Shown here: positions 9,484-19,139 of the stretch, piece by piece
How positions within the stretch are numbered: the first letter of the stretch is position 1
Layout of the letters: each line of letters starts with the position of its first letter
Source of the DNA: an uncultured bacterium
Lineage (GTDB): Bacteria; Patescibacteriota; Minisyncoccia; SW-4-49-11
Length of the DNA: 64,000 bases
NCBI GenBank assembly: GCA_937864235.1
Contig: CALMJI010000012.1
Span: 942 to 64,941, forward strand
Reading direction: 5' to 3'
Notes under the pieces: generated by a model
The model's database searches: none
Seen by the model: only the letters and a program-made list of their open reading frames with translations
Told to the model about the DNA's origin: nothing
Program-made: the position numbers and the translations under genes

Positions 9484-10578
9484 ATGAGAGTAGCTTTGGT
9501 GCATGACTATTTGGTGCAATATGGTGGGGCAGAAAGAGTTTTGGAAGTGCTAGCGGAGATGTTCCCTCAGGCTCCTATTTATACTTTGATTTATGATCCT
9601 GAGCAATTATATGGAGCTTTTAGTGATAAAAAAATTCGTACTTCTTTTTTACAAAGTTTACCTTTTGCCAAAACTAATCACAGGTTATTCCCAGCCTTGA
9701 TGCCTTTGGCGGTGGAGGATTTGGATTTGACAGCTTATGATTTGGTAATATCATCATCTAACAGCTATACTAAAGGTGTTATTACAAGGCCAGATGCGTT
9801 GCATATTTGTTATTGTCATACTCCAATGCGATATGCTTGGGATGATTATCATCGGCATTTTCAGGAATTTAATTTTGTGGCTGGGGTCAAAAATCTATTG
9901 CCTTTTGCGATGAATTATATTCGTCTTTGGGATAAAATTTCCTCAGATAGAGTGGACTATTATTTGGCTAATTCTAATAATGTGGCTAAGAGAATTAATA
10001 AATATTATCGGATGCCAGCTCAAGTCTTATATCCTCCTGTGAATACAGAAGTAGAATTTGATGCTGATTATAAAGGTGAATACTATCTGATGTTGGGTAG
10101 ATTCTTGCCTTATAAGCATTATGATATTGTGGTGGAGGCTTTCGCTCGGAATGGTAAAGAATTACACTTAGTTGGTTCAGGTCCGGATGAGGAAAAGTTA
10201 AGAAAAATAGCTCAAGGTAAGGATAATATTAAATTCTTGGGTAGATTGAATGATGAAGAGGCTCAGCTTGAGTTCCGAGAGTGTAGGGCTTTTATATTTG
10301 CCTCTGAGGATGACTTTGGAATTGTGCCAGTGGAGGCGATGGCAGCTGGTAAACCAGTGATTGCCTATGGGCGAGGAGGAGCTCTGGAGACTGTGGAGGA
10401 TGGTAAGACGGGCATATTCTTTGATGAGCAGAGTGCAGACTGCATCATAAAAACCGTTGATAGATTTGAAAAAATGAATTTTGATGCTACTTATATTCAT
10501 AATTATGCTCAAAAATTCTCTAAGGATACCTTCAAGCATAATTTCTATAAATTTTTAGAAAAATATGATATTATGTAA
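9484..10578 (+). CDS. glycosyltransferase family 4
   Basis: EDDFGIVPVEAMAAGKPVIA motif, GT-B layout. Confidence 0.75.
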   Translation: MRVALVHDYLVQYGGAERVLEVLAEMFPQAPIYTLIYDPEQLYGAFSDKKIRTSFLQSLPFAKTNHRLFPALMPLAVEDLDLTAYDLVISSSNSYTKGVITRPDALHICYCHTPMRYAWDDYHRHFQEFNFVAGVKNLLPFAMNYIRLWDKISSDRVDYYLANSNNVAKRINKYYRMPAQVLYPPVNTEVEFDADYKGEYYLMLGRFLPYKHYDIVVEAFARNGKELHLVGSGPDEEKLRKIAQGKDNIKFLGRLNDEEAQLEFRECRAFIFASEDDFGIVPVEAMAAGKPVIAYGRGGALETVEDGKTGIFFDEQSADCIIKTVDRFEKMNFDATYIHNYAQKFSKDTFKHNFYKFLEKYDIM

Positions 10579-10597
10579 TTATAGTTAATAAATCCTT

Positions 10598-11191
10598 ATG
10601 AATATATATAAGACTTTTTTCAAAAAAAATGCACTGTTCTTGAGTATAATAGTGGTTGTAGGTCTTGCTTCTGGGCTAGCAATGACTAGATTATTACCAG
10701 TCTCTTATGATGTGTCTTTGGCTCTCAATATTGAGCGAAAGGTAAATGACACTGGAGAATTTTATACTTATGATGGATTTTATGTTATTCAAGCTACTGA
10801 GTTATTTGGTAAAAGTGTGGCTAGTTGGTTTGTAACTCCTGATTTTGTGGAAGATGTACTGCGGAATGCAGATAAATCAGATATAGCAGAGTTATCGGTC
10901 AAAGACTTTAGAAGAATATTTACTTCAGAACAAGTCTCAGCTAATGTAGTAGAAGTTAGATTTGGGGTAGATGAAAACGAACTTGGTAATACATTAACAG
11001 AATCAATTTCAAGTAGCATAGTGTCATATATGGAGACTAGAGGTATTAAAGATTATAATGTTTTTGTAGGGACTCCAGTTATTAGACAAGTAGATTATAA
11101 CCCAATTTTATTTGCACTGGGTGGTGGATTTCTGTCTTTAGCTTTAGGAATTATTATAGCTGCTATTAGACAACATTATTGGGAAAAATGA
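10598..11191 (+). CDS. Wzz-like polysaccharide chain-length-determinant-like protein (bitopic)
   Basis: N-terminal and C-terminal TM helices flanking a soluble domain; lies between two GT genes and overlaps the next gene by 13 nt. Confidence 0.35.
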   Translation: MNIYKTFFKKNALFLSIIVVVGLASGLAMTRLLPVSYDVSLALNIERKVNDTGEFYTYDGFYVIQATELFGKSVASWFVTPDFVEDVLRNADKSDIAELSVKDFRRIFTSEQVSANVVEVRFGVDENELGNTLTESISSSIVSYMETRGIKDYNVFVGTPVIRQVDYNPILFALGGGFLSLALGIIIAAIRQHYWEK

Positions 11192-12306
11192 GAATAGGTA
11201 TAGATGCCCGCGGGATTACGGATGGATTCAAGGGAGGGGTGGGAGAATATACTCAACATATAATTCAATCGCTTAGTGGATATAAAGATTTGAACTTAGA
11301 ATTTTTAGCTACAGGCGTAAAACCTAAATCTGAGGTTACGGGAATACAAAATACCTGGCTAAAATATCCTAATAGATTATTGAACTTTTCTCTCAAAACT
11401 CTAAATAGACCATATTTAGATAAAGCTTTTAGCCAAAAACCAGATAAAGTTTGGATGCCAAATTGGAATATTACGTCTCTAAGCTCAGACTCAGAGCTGA
11501 TTTTAACGGTACATGATTTAGCCATTAGGGTTTTGCCAGAAGTTTTTTCACGAAAGATGCGACTATGGCATAAATATATTGGGATAGATAAATTACTAGA
11601 CCGAGCTAATACTATTATATCTGTCTCAGAATCTACTAAGAGGGACTTGATAGATATATATGGAGTAAAGGTGGAGAAAATAAAAGTAATTTACTCAGGA
11701 ATTGATCCGCTGTTTAGACAAGAATTTCATCAGTCAGATATAAATCTAGTCAAGCGAAAATATAATTTACCAGATAGATATATTTTGTATTTAGGTACTA
11801 TTGAGCCTAGGAAAAATATACAATTACTCATCCAAGCCTTCGAGCGAATCGCCACCAAAGACAAAGAGGTCAAACTTGTAATAGCCGGAGTCAATGGTTG
11901 GTTATATAAACAAATTCACCAAAGTATAGATAATTCACATTTTAGAGATAGGATTTTGAGAATTGGTTTTGTAGATATTATGGATAAGCCTATAGTTTAT
12001 AAATTAGCTAGAGTTTTCGTATACCCTTCTCTGTATGAAGGTTTTGGTTTCCCGCCATTAGAAGCAATGGCCTCCGGTACTCCGACAGTAGTGGCTAACA
12101 ATTCCGTCTTCCCAGAGATAGTCTTAAACTCGGCTTACAAAACCTCCCCCTATGATAAGTTGGAATTAAGTGACATAATATATAATCTACTGACAGATAG
12201 TAGCTTATATAATTATTACAGTAAACTAGGTCTAAAGCGTAGTCTAGCCTTTGATTGGACACAAACCGCCAGAGAGATGCGAGAAGTTTTTATCAATAAG
12301 TATTGA
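11179..12306 (+). CDS. glycosyltransferase family 4
   Basis: EGFGFPPLEAMASGTPTVVAN motif. Confidence 0.75.
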   Translation: MGKMRIGIDARGITDGFKGGVGEYTQHIIQSLSGYKDLNLEFLATGVKPKSEVTGIQNTWLKYPNRLLNFSLKTLNRPYLDKAFSQKPDKVWMPNWNITSLSSDSELILTVHDLAIRVLPEVFSRKMRLWHKYIGIDKLLDRANTIISVSESTKRDLIDIYGVKVEKIKVIYSGIDPLFRQEFHQSDINLVKRKYNLPDRYILYLGTIEPRKNIQLLIQAFERIATKDKEVKLVIAGVNGWLYKQIHQSIDNSHFRDRILRIGFVDIMDKPIVYKLARVFVYPSLYEGFGFPPLEAMASGTPTVVANNSVFPEIVLNSAYKTSPYDKLELSDIIYNLLTDSSLYNYYSKLGLKRSLAFDWTQTAREMREVFINKY

Positions 12307-12358
12307 CAAAATTTATAAAATGTGGTATAAGTAAATCCGTAAACATAGCCTTAAGGCA

Positions 12359-12982
12359 ATGTCGCTCGTTCAACAACAATCATCTCGGTTCCATCCCATC
12401 GGTGAGTTTTCTGATCCCCATCATGTTAGAGCAATTGGTTTGCTGCGTGGCAATATTGCTTCTGATTGGTCCATCAACTTGACGGGTGGGTTTCATGGAA
12501 AGTCTCTCAAGGTCCAGTCTGAGGCTTTTGGCCTCATCCAAAAATTGGCCAAGGGTGGAGTAGACTCTGCAATTTTCGTGGTTTGGCCACGAACAAAAGA
12601 TGGCTTCGTCTCTTCACTCGAGGTGATCGGGGTCTGGAAGCCCTCCATTCTTGACCCTAATTCCGGGGCGCAGGATGATCTTCCTGAAGGAGATAATTAC
12701 TTCTCCATTCGTGGGAAATTGGCTCGCAGGGTCTGGACAGATGAGTATTATGGAAAAGGTTTGGGAGTTACTGTTTTCGGGGAATACTATGTCTCCGTTG
12801 ATGTTCCCTCAGACCGAGAAGCTGTTCCTTTCCTTAATCCTGGGGATTTCATCTCCATGGATGCCTTCCTCACCGAGGATGGTCGTCTCCACGCCGAGTG
12901 GGTCGAGAAAATCTCGATTCCCGATGCTGCCAATGCCCGTCCTGGACAACAAGTCCGCAGGCGGTCTTCCGCCACCGCCTGA
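12359..12982 (+). CDS. hypothetical protein encoded in a GC-rich compositional island (foreign codon usage; coding status uncertain)
   Basis: 207-aa ORF in a roughly 700-bp segment whose GC content is far above the flanks; several overlapping ORFs in other frames indicate scarce stop codons rather than confirmed coding. Confidence 0.3.
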   Translation: MSLVQQQSSRFHPIGEFSDPHHVRAIGLLRGNIASDWSINLTGGFHGKSLKVQSEAFGLIQKLAKGGVDSAIFVVWPRTKDGFVSSLEVIGVWKPSILDPNSGAQDDLPEGDNYFSIRGKLARRVWTDEYYGKGLGVTVFGEYYVSVDVPSDREAVPFLNPGDFISMDAFLTEDGRLHAEWVEKISIPDAANARPGQQVRRRSSATA

Positions 12983-13104
12983 CCTCTCGGCAGGTCTCAT
13001 CTTCAACACCCGCGCCCGCCTCTTCACAGGGGCGGATTTTCTTTTCCCTGTTGACGAAAATAGAAATTCAATATAGACTACTTAATAATTAAATATAATT
13101 TTTT

Positions 13105-15267
13105 ATGTCAAAAGCTTTAATTATTGTGGAGTCGCCGACTAAGGCCAAAACCATTGCTAGATTCTTGGGTAAGGATTATGTAGTCAAGTCTTCGATGGGG
13201 CATATTCGGGATTTACCAAAATCTAAAATTGGAGTGGATCCGGCTAAGGATTTTGAGATTACTTATGAAATACCAGCTAAGGCCAAAAAGACTGTCGCCG
13301 AGCTCAAAAAATTAGCCAAAAGTAGTGAGGAAGTGATTCTGGCAACTGATGAAGACCGAGAAGGGGAGGCTATTTCTTGGCATTTGGCTCATATTTTGAA
13401 ATTAAAACCTAGTTCAGCTAAGCGAATGGTCTTTCACGAGATTACAGAGTCAGCGATTAAAGAGGCTTTGGCTAATCCCAGATATATAGATTTGAATTTG
13501 GTAGATGCGCAGCAAGCTCGGCGAGCTCTAGATCGCTTGGTTGGGTATAAATTATCTCCGTTTTTATGGCAAAAAGTACAGCGGGGGCTCTCCGCAGGGC
13601 GAGTGCAGTCGGTGGCTTTGCGGTTAATTGTAGATAGAGAAAGAGAAATTGAAGCTTTCCAATCTCAAGAATACTGGACAATTCAGGGTATATTCAATTC
13701 TAATAATGACAAAAGTCTAGATATTAGCTCCACTCTGACTCATATAGATAATAAAAGATTAGATAAATTTACTTTTAAGTCCGAGTCAGAGTCTCAGAAT
13801 CTGGTAGATAAACTCCAAACTTTGTCTTATAAAGTCAAGTCTATTGAGAATAAAGCTGTCTCGAGAAACCCATATCCTCCTTTTATTACTTCCTCATTGC
13901 AACAGGATGCAGCTAGAAGATTGTATTTCTCAGCTAAGCAGACTATGATGATAGCTCAGCAATTATATGAGGGTATTGCTATTGGTAGCCGTGGTCAAAT
14001 TGGACTTATTACTTATATGAGAACTGACTCTACTAATTTGTCGGCTCAGTCTATAAGTGCGGCTAAGAGTGAGATTATAAAGCAATTTGGGGAGAAATAT
14101 TATCAGAGTAGACAATTCAAGACCAAGTCCAAAAATGCTCAAGAGGCTCATGAGGCTATTCGCCCCACTGATCCTAGTATTACTCCTGAGGAGGTCAAAC
14201 CATTCTTAGATGATAAACAATATAAATTATATACTCTTATCTGGAGTAGATTTATGGCCAGCCAAATGAAGCCGGCGACTTTTGAGACTATGAATGTGGT
14301 TATACAAGATATAGAGTCTAGTAAATATACTTTTAGCACTAGTGGGAAGAGACTGGTCTTCGATGGGTTTATGCGAGTTTATGATTTGAAATCAGAAGAT
14401 GTGATATTGCCAGGTCTGTCTGAGGGTGAGAATTTAGCTACCAAAAAGATTGAAGGGGAACAGCATTTTACTCAACCCCCAGCTAGATATAGCGAAAGTA
14501 GTCTGGTGAAAGCTCTCGAGACCAATGCTATTGGAAGACCTTCTACCTATGCCTCGATTATCTCGACTATACAGACTAGAGGTTATGTAGTCAAAAACGA
14601 GGATAGACGATTTGCCCCGACTGATATTGGTAAAACCGTGACCGATATGTTGGTGGAACATTTCCCCCAAATTGTAGATATTGAATTTACAGCCAAAGTA
14701 GAAGAGCAATTCGATGAGATTTCTCTTGGGAAAGATACTTATCAAAAGGCAATGGCTGATTTTTATAATCCTTTTGCTGAGAATTTGCAAGCTAAAGAAA
14801 AAACTGTCGAGAGGCACCGTGAGATAATCACCGATAGAGTATGTCCAGAATGTGGAGGGCAATTAGAATTAAAAAGGAGTAAATTCGGTAAATTTATAGC
14901 TTGTACTAATTATCCTGAATGTAAATATACTGATAAAAGTGATGAGGAAAAACAGCTTCAAGCAGATTTTGGTGGAGAAAAATGTCCTAATTGTGATGAT
15001 GGTGTGATGGAGGTAAAAAGCGGAAGATTCGGACCATTTTTGGGATGCTCCAATTATCCTACTTGTAAAACTATCAAAAAAATTGAAAATAAAACTGGGG
15101 AGAAATGCCCAGAATGTCAAATTGGTGATATGGTGTTCAAAAAAGGTAAAAGGGGACCGTTCAAAGCTTGTAACAGGTATCCAGAATGTAAATATATCGA
15201 AGGTGCTAAAAAGAAAGCAGTTTCAAGTTATAAGTCCAAAAAACCTACTAAAGCTAAGACGAAATAG
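13105..15267 (+). CDS. topA: DNA topoisomerase I with C-terminal C4 zinc-ribbon repeats
   Basis: TOPRIM start (LIIVESPTKAKTI), catalytic domain, and four CxxC...CxxC zinc ribbons at the C-terminus. Confidence 0.95.
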   Translation: MSKALIIVESPTKAKTIARFLGKDYVVKSSMGHIRDLPKSKIGVDPAKDFEITYEIPAKAKKTVAELKKLAKSSEEVILATDEDREGEAISWHLAHILKLKPSSAKRMVFHEITESAIKEALANPRYIDLNLVDAQQARRALDRLVGYKLSPFLWQKVQRGLSAGRVQSVALRLIVDREREIEAFQSQEYWTIQGIFNSNNDKSLDISSTLTHIDNKRLDKFTFKSESESQNLVDKLQTLSYKVKSIENKAVSRNPYPPFITSSLQQDAARRLYFSAKQTMMIAQQLYEGIAIGSRGQIGLITYMRTDSTNLSAQSISAAKSEIIKQFGEKYYQSRQFKTKSKNAQEAHEAIRPTDPSITPEEVKPFLDDKQYKLYTLIWSRFMASQMKPATFETMNVVIQDIESSKYTFSTSGKRLVFDGFMRVYDLKSEDVILPGLSEGENLATKKIEGEQHFTQPPARYSESSLVKALETNAIGRPSTYASIISTIQTRGYVVKNEDRRFAPTDIGKTVTDMLVEHFPQIVDIEFTAKVEEQFDEISLGKDTYQKAMADFYNPFAENLQAKEKTVERHREIITDRVCPECGGQLELKRSKFGKFIACTNYPECKYTDKSDEEKQLQADFGGEKCPNCDDGVMEVKSGRFGPFLGCSNYPTCKTIKKIENKTGEKCPECQIGDMVFKKGKRGPFKACNRYPECKYIEGAKKKAVSSYKSKKPTKAKTK

Positions 15268-15297
15268 GGTGAGGATGTAAGACAGGTGTGGACTGAG

Positions 15298-15640
15298 CTA
15301 AATTCCCCTCTCATCCCTACGGGAGATAAATTGAGGGCTTTCGCCCCTCCCATACTGTAGTTTGGGAGGGGGTGGGCGGGCTTGCCTGACGGGGTGGAGT
15401 GTTTTGCAATTTGCTTTATATCCTCCTTAGGAGGAGGTGCCCCAAAGGGGCGGAGGTGGATTAAGTTAAAAATTATATTCCATCCACCCTCCACCTACGG
15501 GTACTCCCTCCCTGCCTACCGCAGGCAGGTAAAGGGAGACAAAATACTTACAAGTCGCACCTAAGAAAACTGGAGGGGTAAACCCTCCGCTACGATAAAA
15601 ATCCCCTAACCCCCAATGGGGGTTTTTGTTTTGTGAAATG
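15298..15640. repeat. GC-rich mosaic intergenic repeat, copy 4 (largest composite, about 340 bp)
   Basis: Modules AATTCCCCTCTCATCCCTACGGGAGATAAATTGAGGG, CCCTCCCATACTGTAGTTTGGGAGGGGG, and reverse-complement modules ATCCACCCTCCACCTACGGGTACTCCCTCC. Confidence 0.8.
15610..15632 (+). terminator. rho-independent terminator-like hairpin (end of topA transcript)
   Basis: CCCCCAATGGGGG stem-loop followed by TTTTTGTTTT. Confidence 0.5.
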
Positions 15641-15653
15641 TGGATAAATTTAT

Positions 15654-15720
15654 TTGACAAGGGATCAAAATAAGTATATAATGGTAAAAAGTGGTAAAAA
15701 ATGGAAATAAATGGTGCATA
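15654..15720 (+). promoter_or_regulatory. consensus sigma70 promoter (TTGACA-N17-TATAAT) plus four TGG repeats at exact 10-bp periodicity = putative MraZ operator
   Basis: TTGACA 15654-15659, 17-nt spacer, TATAAT 15677-15682; TGG triplets at 15682, 15692, 15702, 15712 (ATGGT/GTGGT/ATGGA/ATGGT) directly upstream of the mraZ ATG. Confidence 0.5.
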
Positions 15721-15723
15721 AAT

Positions 15724-16155
15724 ATGTTTATAGGTGAATATAGCCATAGTATTGATGATAAGGGACGGCTTGCAGTTCCTAAGAAGTTTCAAGAGGATTT
15801 GAAAGCTGGGCTTGTTGTCACTAAGGGATTAGATAATTGTCTCTGGGTTTATACTTATGAGTCTTGGAAAGAGCTTGCTACTAAATTAAGTAAATTGCCT
15901 ATTAGTAGTAATAATAATAGAGCTTTTAGCCGATTGATGTTGGCAGGAGCTATGGATGTATCTTTGGATAAGCAGGGTAGAATTGTATTACCTGATTATC
16001 TTAGAAATTATGCAAAATTAGGGAAGAAGGTTGTAATTACTGGGTTGTTTGACAGATTAGAAATTTGGGATGAATCTGAATGGCAGACTTATAAGGCAAG
16101 AACCGAGGCTGAGTCTGGCGAAATTGCAGAACAATTAGCAGATTTAGGAGTATAA
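15724..16155 (+). CDS. mraZ: transcriptional regulator MraZ
   Basis: MFIGEYSHSIDDKGRLAVP; duplicated MraZ domain (second copy DKQGRIVLP). Confidence 0.85.
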   Translation: MFIGEYSHSIDDKGRLAVPKKFQEDLKAGLVVTKGLDNCLWVYTYESWKELATKLSKLPISSNNNRAFSRLMLAGAMDVSLDKQGRIVLPDYLRNYAKLGKKVVITGLFDRLEIWDESEWQTYKARTEAESGEIAEQLADLGV

Positions 16156-16157
16156 TT

Positions 16158-17057
16158 ATGTCAGAATTAAAACATATTCCAGTTTTAATCAATGAAGCAG
16201 TGCAAGGTTTAGCTATTCGAGAGAATGGAGTTTATGTGGATGCGACGGTTGGATTTGGTGGATATACTGAGTTAATCACGGGTCAGCTTACCTCTGGGAA
16301 GTTAATTGGAATTGATGCTGATAGGCAGGCTCTCAATTTAGTAGAGCAGAGACTAACCTCTCAAATTGCAGAGGGTAAAGTTATCTTAAAACATAGTAAT
16401 TTTAGATTTATTGAACAGGTTTTGGCTGAATTGAGAGTGATTTCGGTTGATGGTATTGTGGCTGACCTAGGTTTGTCTTCAATGGAATTAGATGATGTCT
16501 CAAGAGGATTTAGCTTTAAGGAGGAGGCTCCGCTTGATATGAGATTTGATACTAGTTCTGATGGTTTGACCGCTGAGGAGATTGTGAATACCTATTCTCA
16601 AGATGATTTGACTAAGTTGTTTAGAGATTTGGGTGATGAGCCTTTTTCAGGCCGAATAGCTAGAATTATTGTGGAGTCTCGTAAAAAACAAGCTATTAAA
16701 ACTACTACTGAGCTTGTAAATTTAATTTTATCTATAGTGCCTGGTAAATTTGCTAAAAAATCTATTCACCCAGCGACTAGAGTATTTCAGGCTTTGAGAA
16801 TGGAAGTTAATGATGAGATAGGTGCTTTGAATGCTCTATTAGCTTCTTCTTTGAATTTACTTAATCCTTCAGGTAGATTAGCTATAGTTTCTTTTCACTC
16901 AGGTGAGGATAGAATTGTAAAAAATGTCTTCCGTGAATGGAAGGCTCAAGGGTTTGTAAATATTCTGACCAAAAAGCCCATTACCCCCTCAGAGATAGAA
17001 TTGGGCGCGAATCCAAGGTCTCGTTCTGCTAAACTCCGTATTATTGAAAAAATCTAA
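16158..17057 (+). CDS. rsmH: 16S rRNA (cytosine1402-N4)-methyltransferase RsmH
   Basis: HIPVL...GVYVDATVGFGGYT and DLGLSS motifs. Confidence 0.9.
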   Translation: MSELKHIPVLINEAVQGLAIRENGVYVDATVGFGGYTELITGQLTSGKLIGIDADRQALNLVEQRLTSQIAEGKVILKHSNFRFIEQVLAELRVISVDGIVADLGLSSMELDDVSRGFSFKEEAPLDMRFDTSSDGLTAEEIVNTYSQDDLTKLFRDLGDEPFSGRIARIIVESRKKQAIKTTTELVNLILSIVPGKFAKKSIHPATRVFQALRMEVNDEIGALNALLASSLNLLNPSGRLAIVSFHSGEDRIVKNVFREWKAQGFVNILTKKPITPSEIELGANPRSRSAKLRIIEKI

Positions 17058-17061
17058 ATTT

Positions 17062-17334
17062 ATGAAAATCCAATCAATCTACACATTAATTTTTATAGCT
17101 CTCTTATTAGGAGTAGTTTATATTGCTGAGACTAATAGTCTTTGGGTAGGTAGTTATACCTTGGCTGATAAAAAGCAAGAATTAGCCGATACTAAGCATA
17201 ATTATACTCAACTCCATACTACTATTGCTCAATATAATTCTATTGGTAATACTATGTCCAATCCAGATATAATAGCTATGGAAAAATCTAACTTTATTTA
17301 TATAGATCAAAATGGAGCTTTGGTAAAAAAGTAA
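17062..17334 (+). CDS. FtsL-like small bitopic cell-division protein
   Basis: About 90 aa, single TM, in the canonical position between rsmH and ftsI. Confidence 0.4.
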   Translation: MKIQSIYTLIFIALLLGVVYIAETNSLWVGSYTLADKKQELADTKHNYTQLHTTIAQYNSIGNTMSNPDIIAMEKSNFIYIDQNGALVKK

Positions 17335-17337
17335 TTT

Positions 17338-19122
17338 ATGTCTATTAGGAGAGCAAAAAGGAGGGCTACAATAGCTACCAGACCTCAAAGTGAAACTTGG
17401 AAATTTTGGGTATTTGTAGCTGGAATTAGTTTATTATTTTTGATAGTCCTTATTCGATTATTTCAAGTCCAAATTTTAGCTCATAGTGAATATAAAGCTA
17501 AAGCTGATAATAAGCATCAAGCTAGAGTTGATTTAATTGGAGATAGAGGGAATATTTATTTTCAAAATCTAAAGTCTGGGGATAATTTTCCTGTTGCGAT
17601 TAATTTGATTACCTATGATATTGGATTTGATGCTAATGTCATCAGTCAGACTAATGACTCTAATAAAGCTCAGATTAAAGAATTTATTGATCAAAATTTT
17701 CCTGATATAGATAAAGTTAAGCTGGAAGAAGAGTTCAATAATAAAGATAAAAAGTATTATATTTTTGCAAAAGATGTGCCTGAGAATATTGTAGAACCTC
17801 TAAAAAAGAAAGCTCTGAAAGGAATAATTTTGGAGAAAAAGTCAGTCCGTAGCTATCCAGAAAAAACTTTAGGTTCTCATATTCTAGGTTATTTTTCAAA
17901 ATATAAGCAGAAAGGGCAATATGGATTGGAGCAATATTATAATGAACAATTAAAAGGAGAGGTTGGATTTGCCAATGTAGAAGCTAAAGATAGAAGGGGA
18001 GTTTGGTTAGCTAATACAAAAATAGAAAAACAAGATGCTACGAATGGTTCTAATCTTATTTTGACTGTTGACCATACTATACAATTTAAATTAGAAGAGA
18101 CATTAGCAGAATTATCAGCAGAGTTTAAACCTAAAACAGCTTTAGGTGCTATTATGGATCCTAAAACTGGAGATATTCTAGCTATGGCAGCTACTCCTAA
18201 TTTTGATATAAACGAATATAATAGGGTTGAGGATATCGGTGTATTTAAGAACCCTTTGGTGGAAAATTTATATGAGCAAGGTTCTATCTTTAAGCCAATT
18301 ACAGTAGGAATAGGCTTGGATAAGGGTGTTATTACTCCTAGTACTACTTATGAGGATAAAGGTACAGAGAGAATTAATGGTTTTGATATATCTAATTGGT
18401 CCAATAAGGTATACGGAACTCAAACTATGAGTTATGCTTTGGAGAATTCTCTGAATTTAGGTATGATTTTTATCCAAAGAAAATTAGGACGAGAAGCTTT
18501 TGTCTCTGGAATTATAGACCAATTTCAGATTGGTAAAGAAACTGGAGTAGATTTGCCAGGAGAGGTTAAAAGTAATACTAATAATTTGACCAAGCAAGCT
18601 CGAGATCTAAGAGAAGTAGATTTTGCAAATGCCTCTTATGGACAGGGAATATCTATGACTCCTATTAGGATGTTAACTTCATTTAATAGCATTGTTAATG
18701 AAGGTAAAATTATGAAGCCAAGAATTGTAAAATCAATTCAGAATTCTGAGGGAGAAATAACAAATATTGAGCCAGAAGTACAAGGGCAATCTATGTCTCC
18801 TGAAAAAGCTAGACAATTATCTGAAATGTTGGTGGATGTAGTCGAGAATAGCTCAGCTAGACAAGTTATGGTAGATGGGTATAATATCGGTGGTAAAACT
18901 GGAACTGGACAAATTGCAAGTATTGGTGGATTTCAGAAAGAAGGGGGAGAAACTCATCAATCATTTATACAATTTGCAACATTGGACAATCCAAAGTATA
19001 CTTTACTTATATCTCTCAATGCTCCTCAAGGTTCTAGATTTGCTGATACATCAGTTGTGCCAAAAATTAAGCCTTTAAACGAGTTCTTATTGAGTTATCT
19101 TAATGTGCCTCCAGATAAATAA
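17338..19122 (+). CDS. ftsI: penicillin-binding protein (class B transpeptidase, FtsI-like)
   Basis: N-terminal TM, SIFK (SxxK), SNW (SxN) and KTGT motifs. Confidence 0.85.
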   Translation: MSIRRAKRRATIATRPQSETWKFWVFVAGISLLFLIVLIRLFQVQILAHSEYKAKADNKHQARVDLIGDRGNIYFQNLKSGDNFPVAINLITYDIGFDANVISQTNDSNKAQIKEFIDQNFPDIDKVKLEEEFNNKDKKYYIFAKDVPENIVEPLKKKALKGIILEKKSVRSYPEKTLGSHILGYFSKYKQKGQYGLEQYYNEQLKGEVGFANVEAKDRRGVWLANTKIEKQDATNGSNLILTVDHTIQFKLEETLAELSAEFKPKTALGAIMDPKTGDILAMAATPNFDINEYNRVEDIGVFKNPLVENLYEQGSIFKPITVGIGLDKGVITPSTTYEDKGTERINGFDISNWSNKVYGTQTMSYALENSLNLGMIFIQRKLGREAFVSGIIDQFQIGKETGVDLPGEVKSNTNNLTKQARDLREVDFANASYGQGISMTPIRMLTSFNSIVNEGKIMKPRIVKSIQNSEGEITNIEPEVQGQSMSPEKARQLSEMLVDVVENSSARQVMVDGYNIGGKTGTGQIASIGGFQKEGGETHQSFIQFATLDNPKYTLLISLNAPQGSRFADTSVVPKIKPLNEFLLSYLNVPPDK

Positions 19123-19139
19123 ATCTAATATAGTCTGTT

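Noticed and set aside
12340-13092. tmRNA (ssrA) or rRNA-fragment hypothesis for the GC-rich island
   Set aside because: I looked for tmRNA hallmarks (GGGG 5' end pairing with a ...CCACCA 3' end, a GGTTCGA.TCC T-loop, a tag ORF ending ALAA-stop) and for 16S/23S landmark strings and found none. The identity is left open rather than called as an RNA gene
13472-15120. Multiple antisense ORFs (60-142 aa) inside topA and similar antisense ORFs inside ddl, ftsI, fusA, ftsK, gyrA and the R-M genes
   Set aside because: They lie opposite strongly supported conserved genes, have low-complexity or hydrophobic AT-codon-driven translations, and lack independent signals; treated as non-coding
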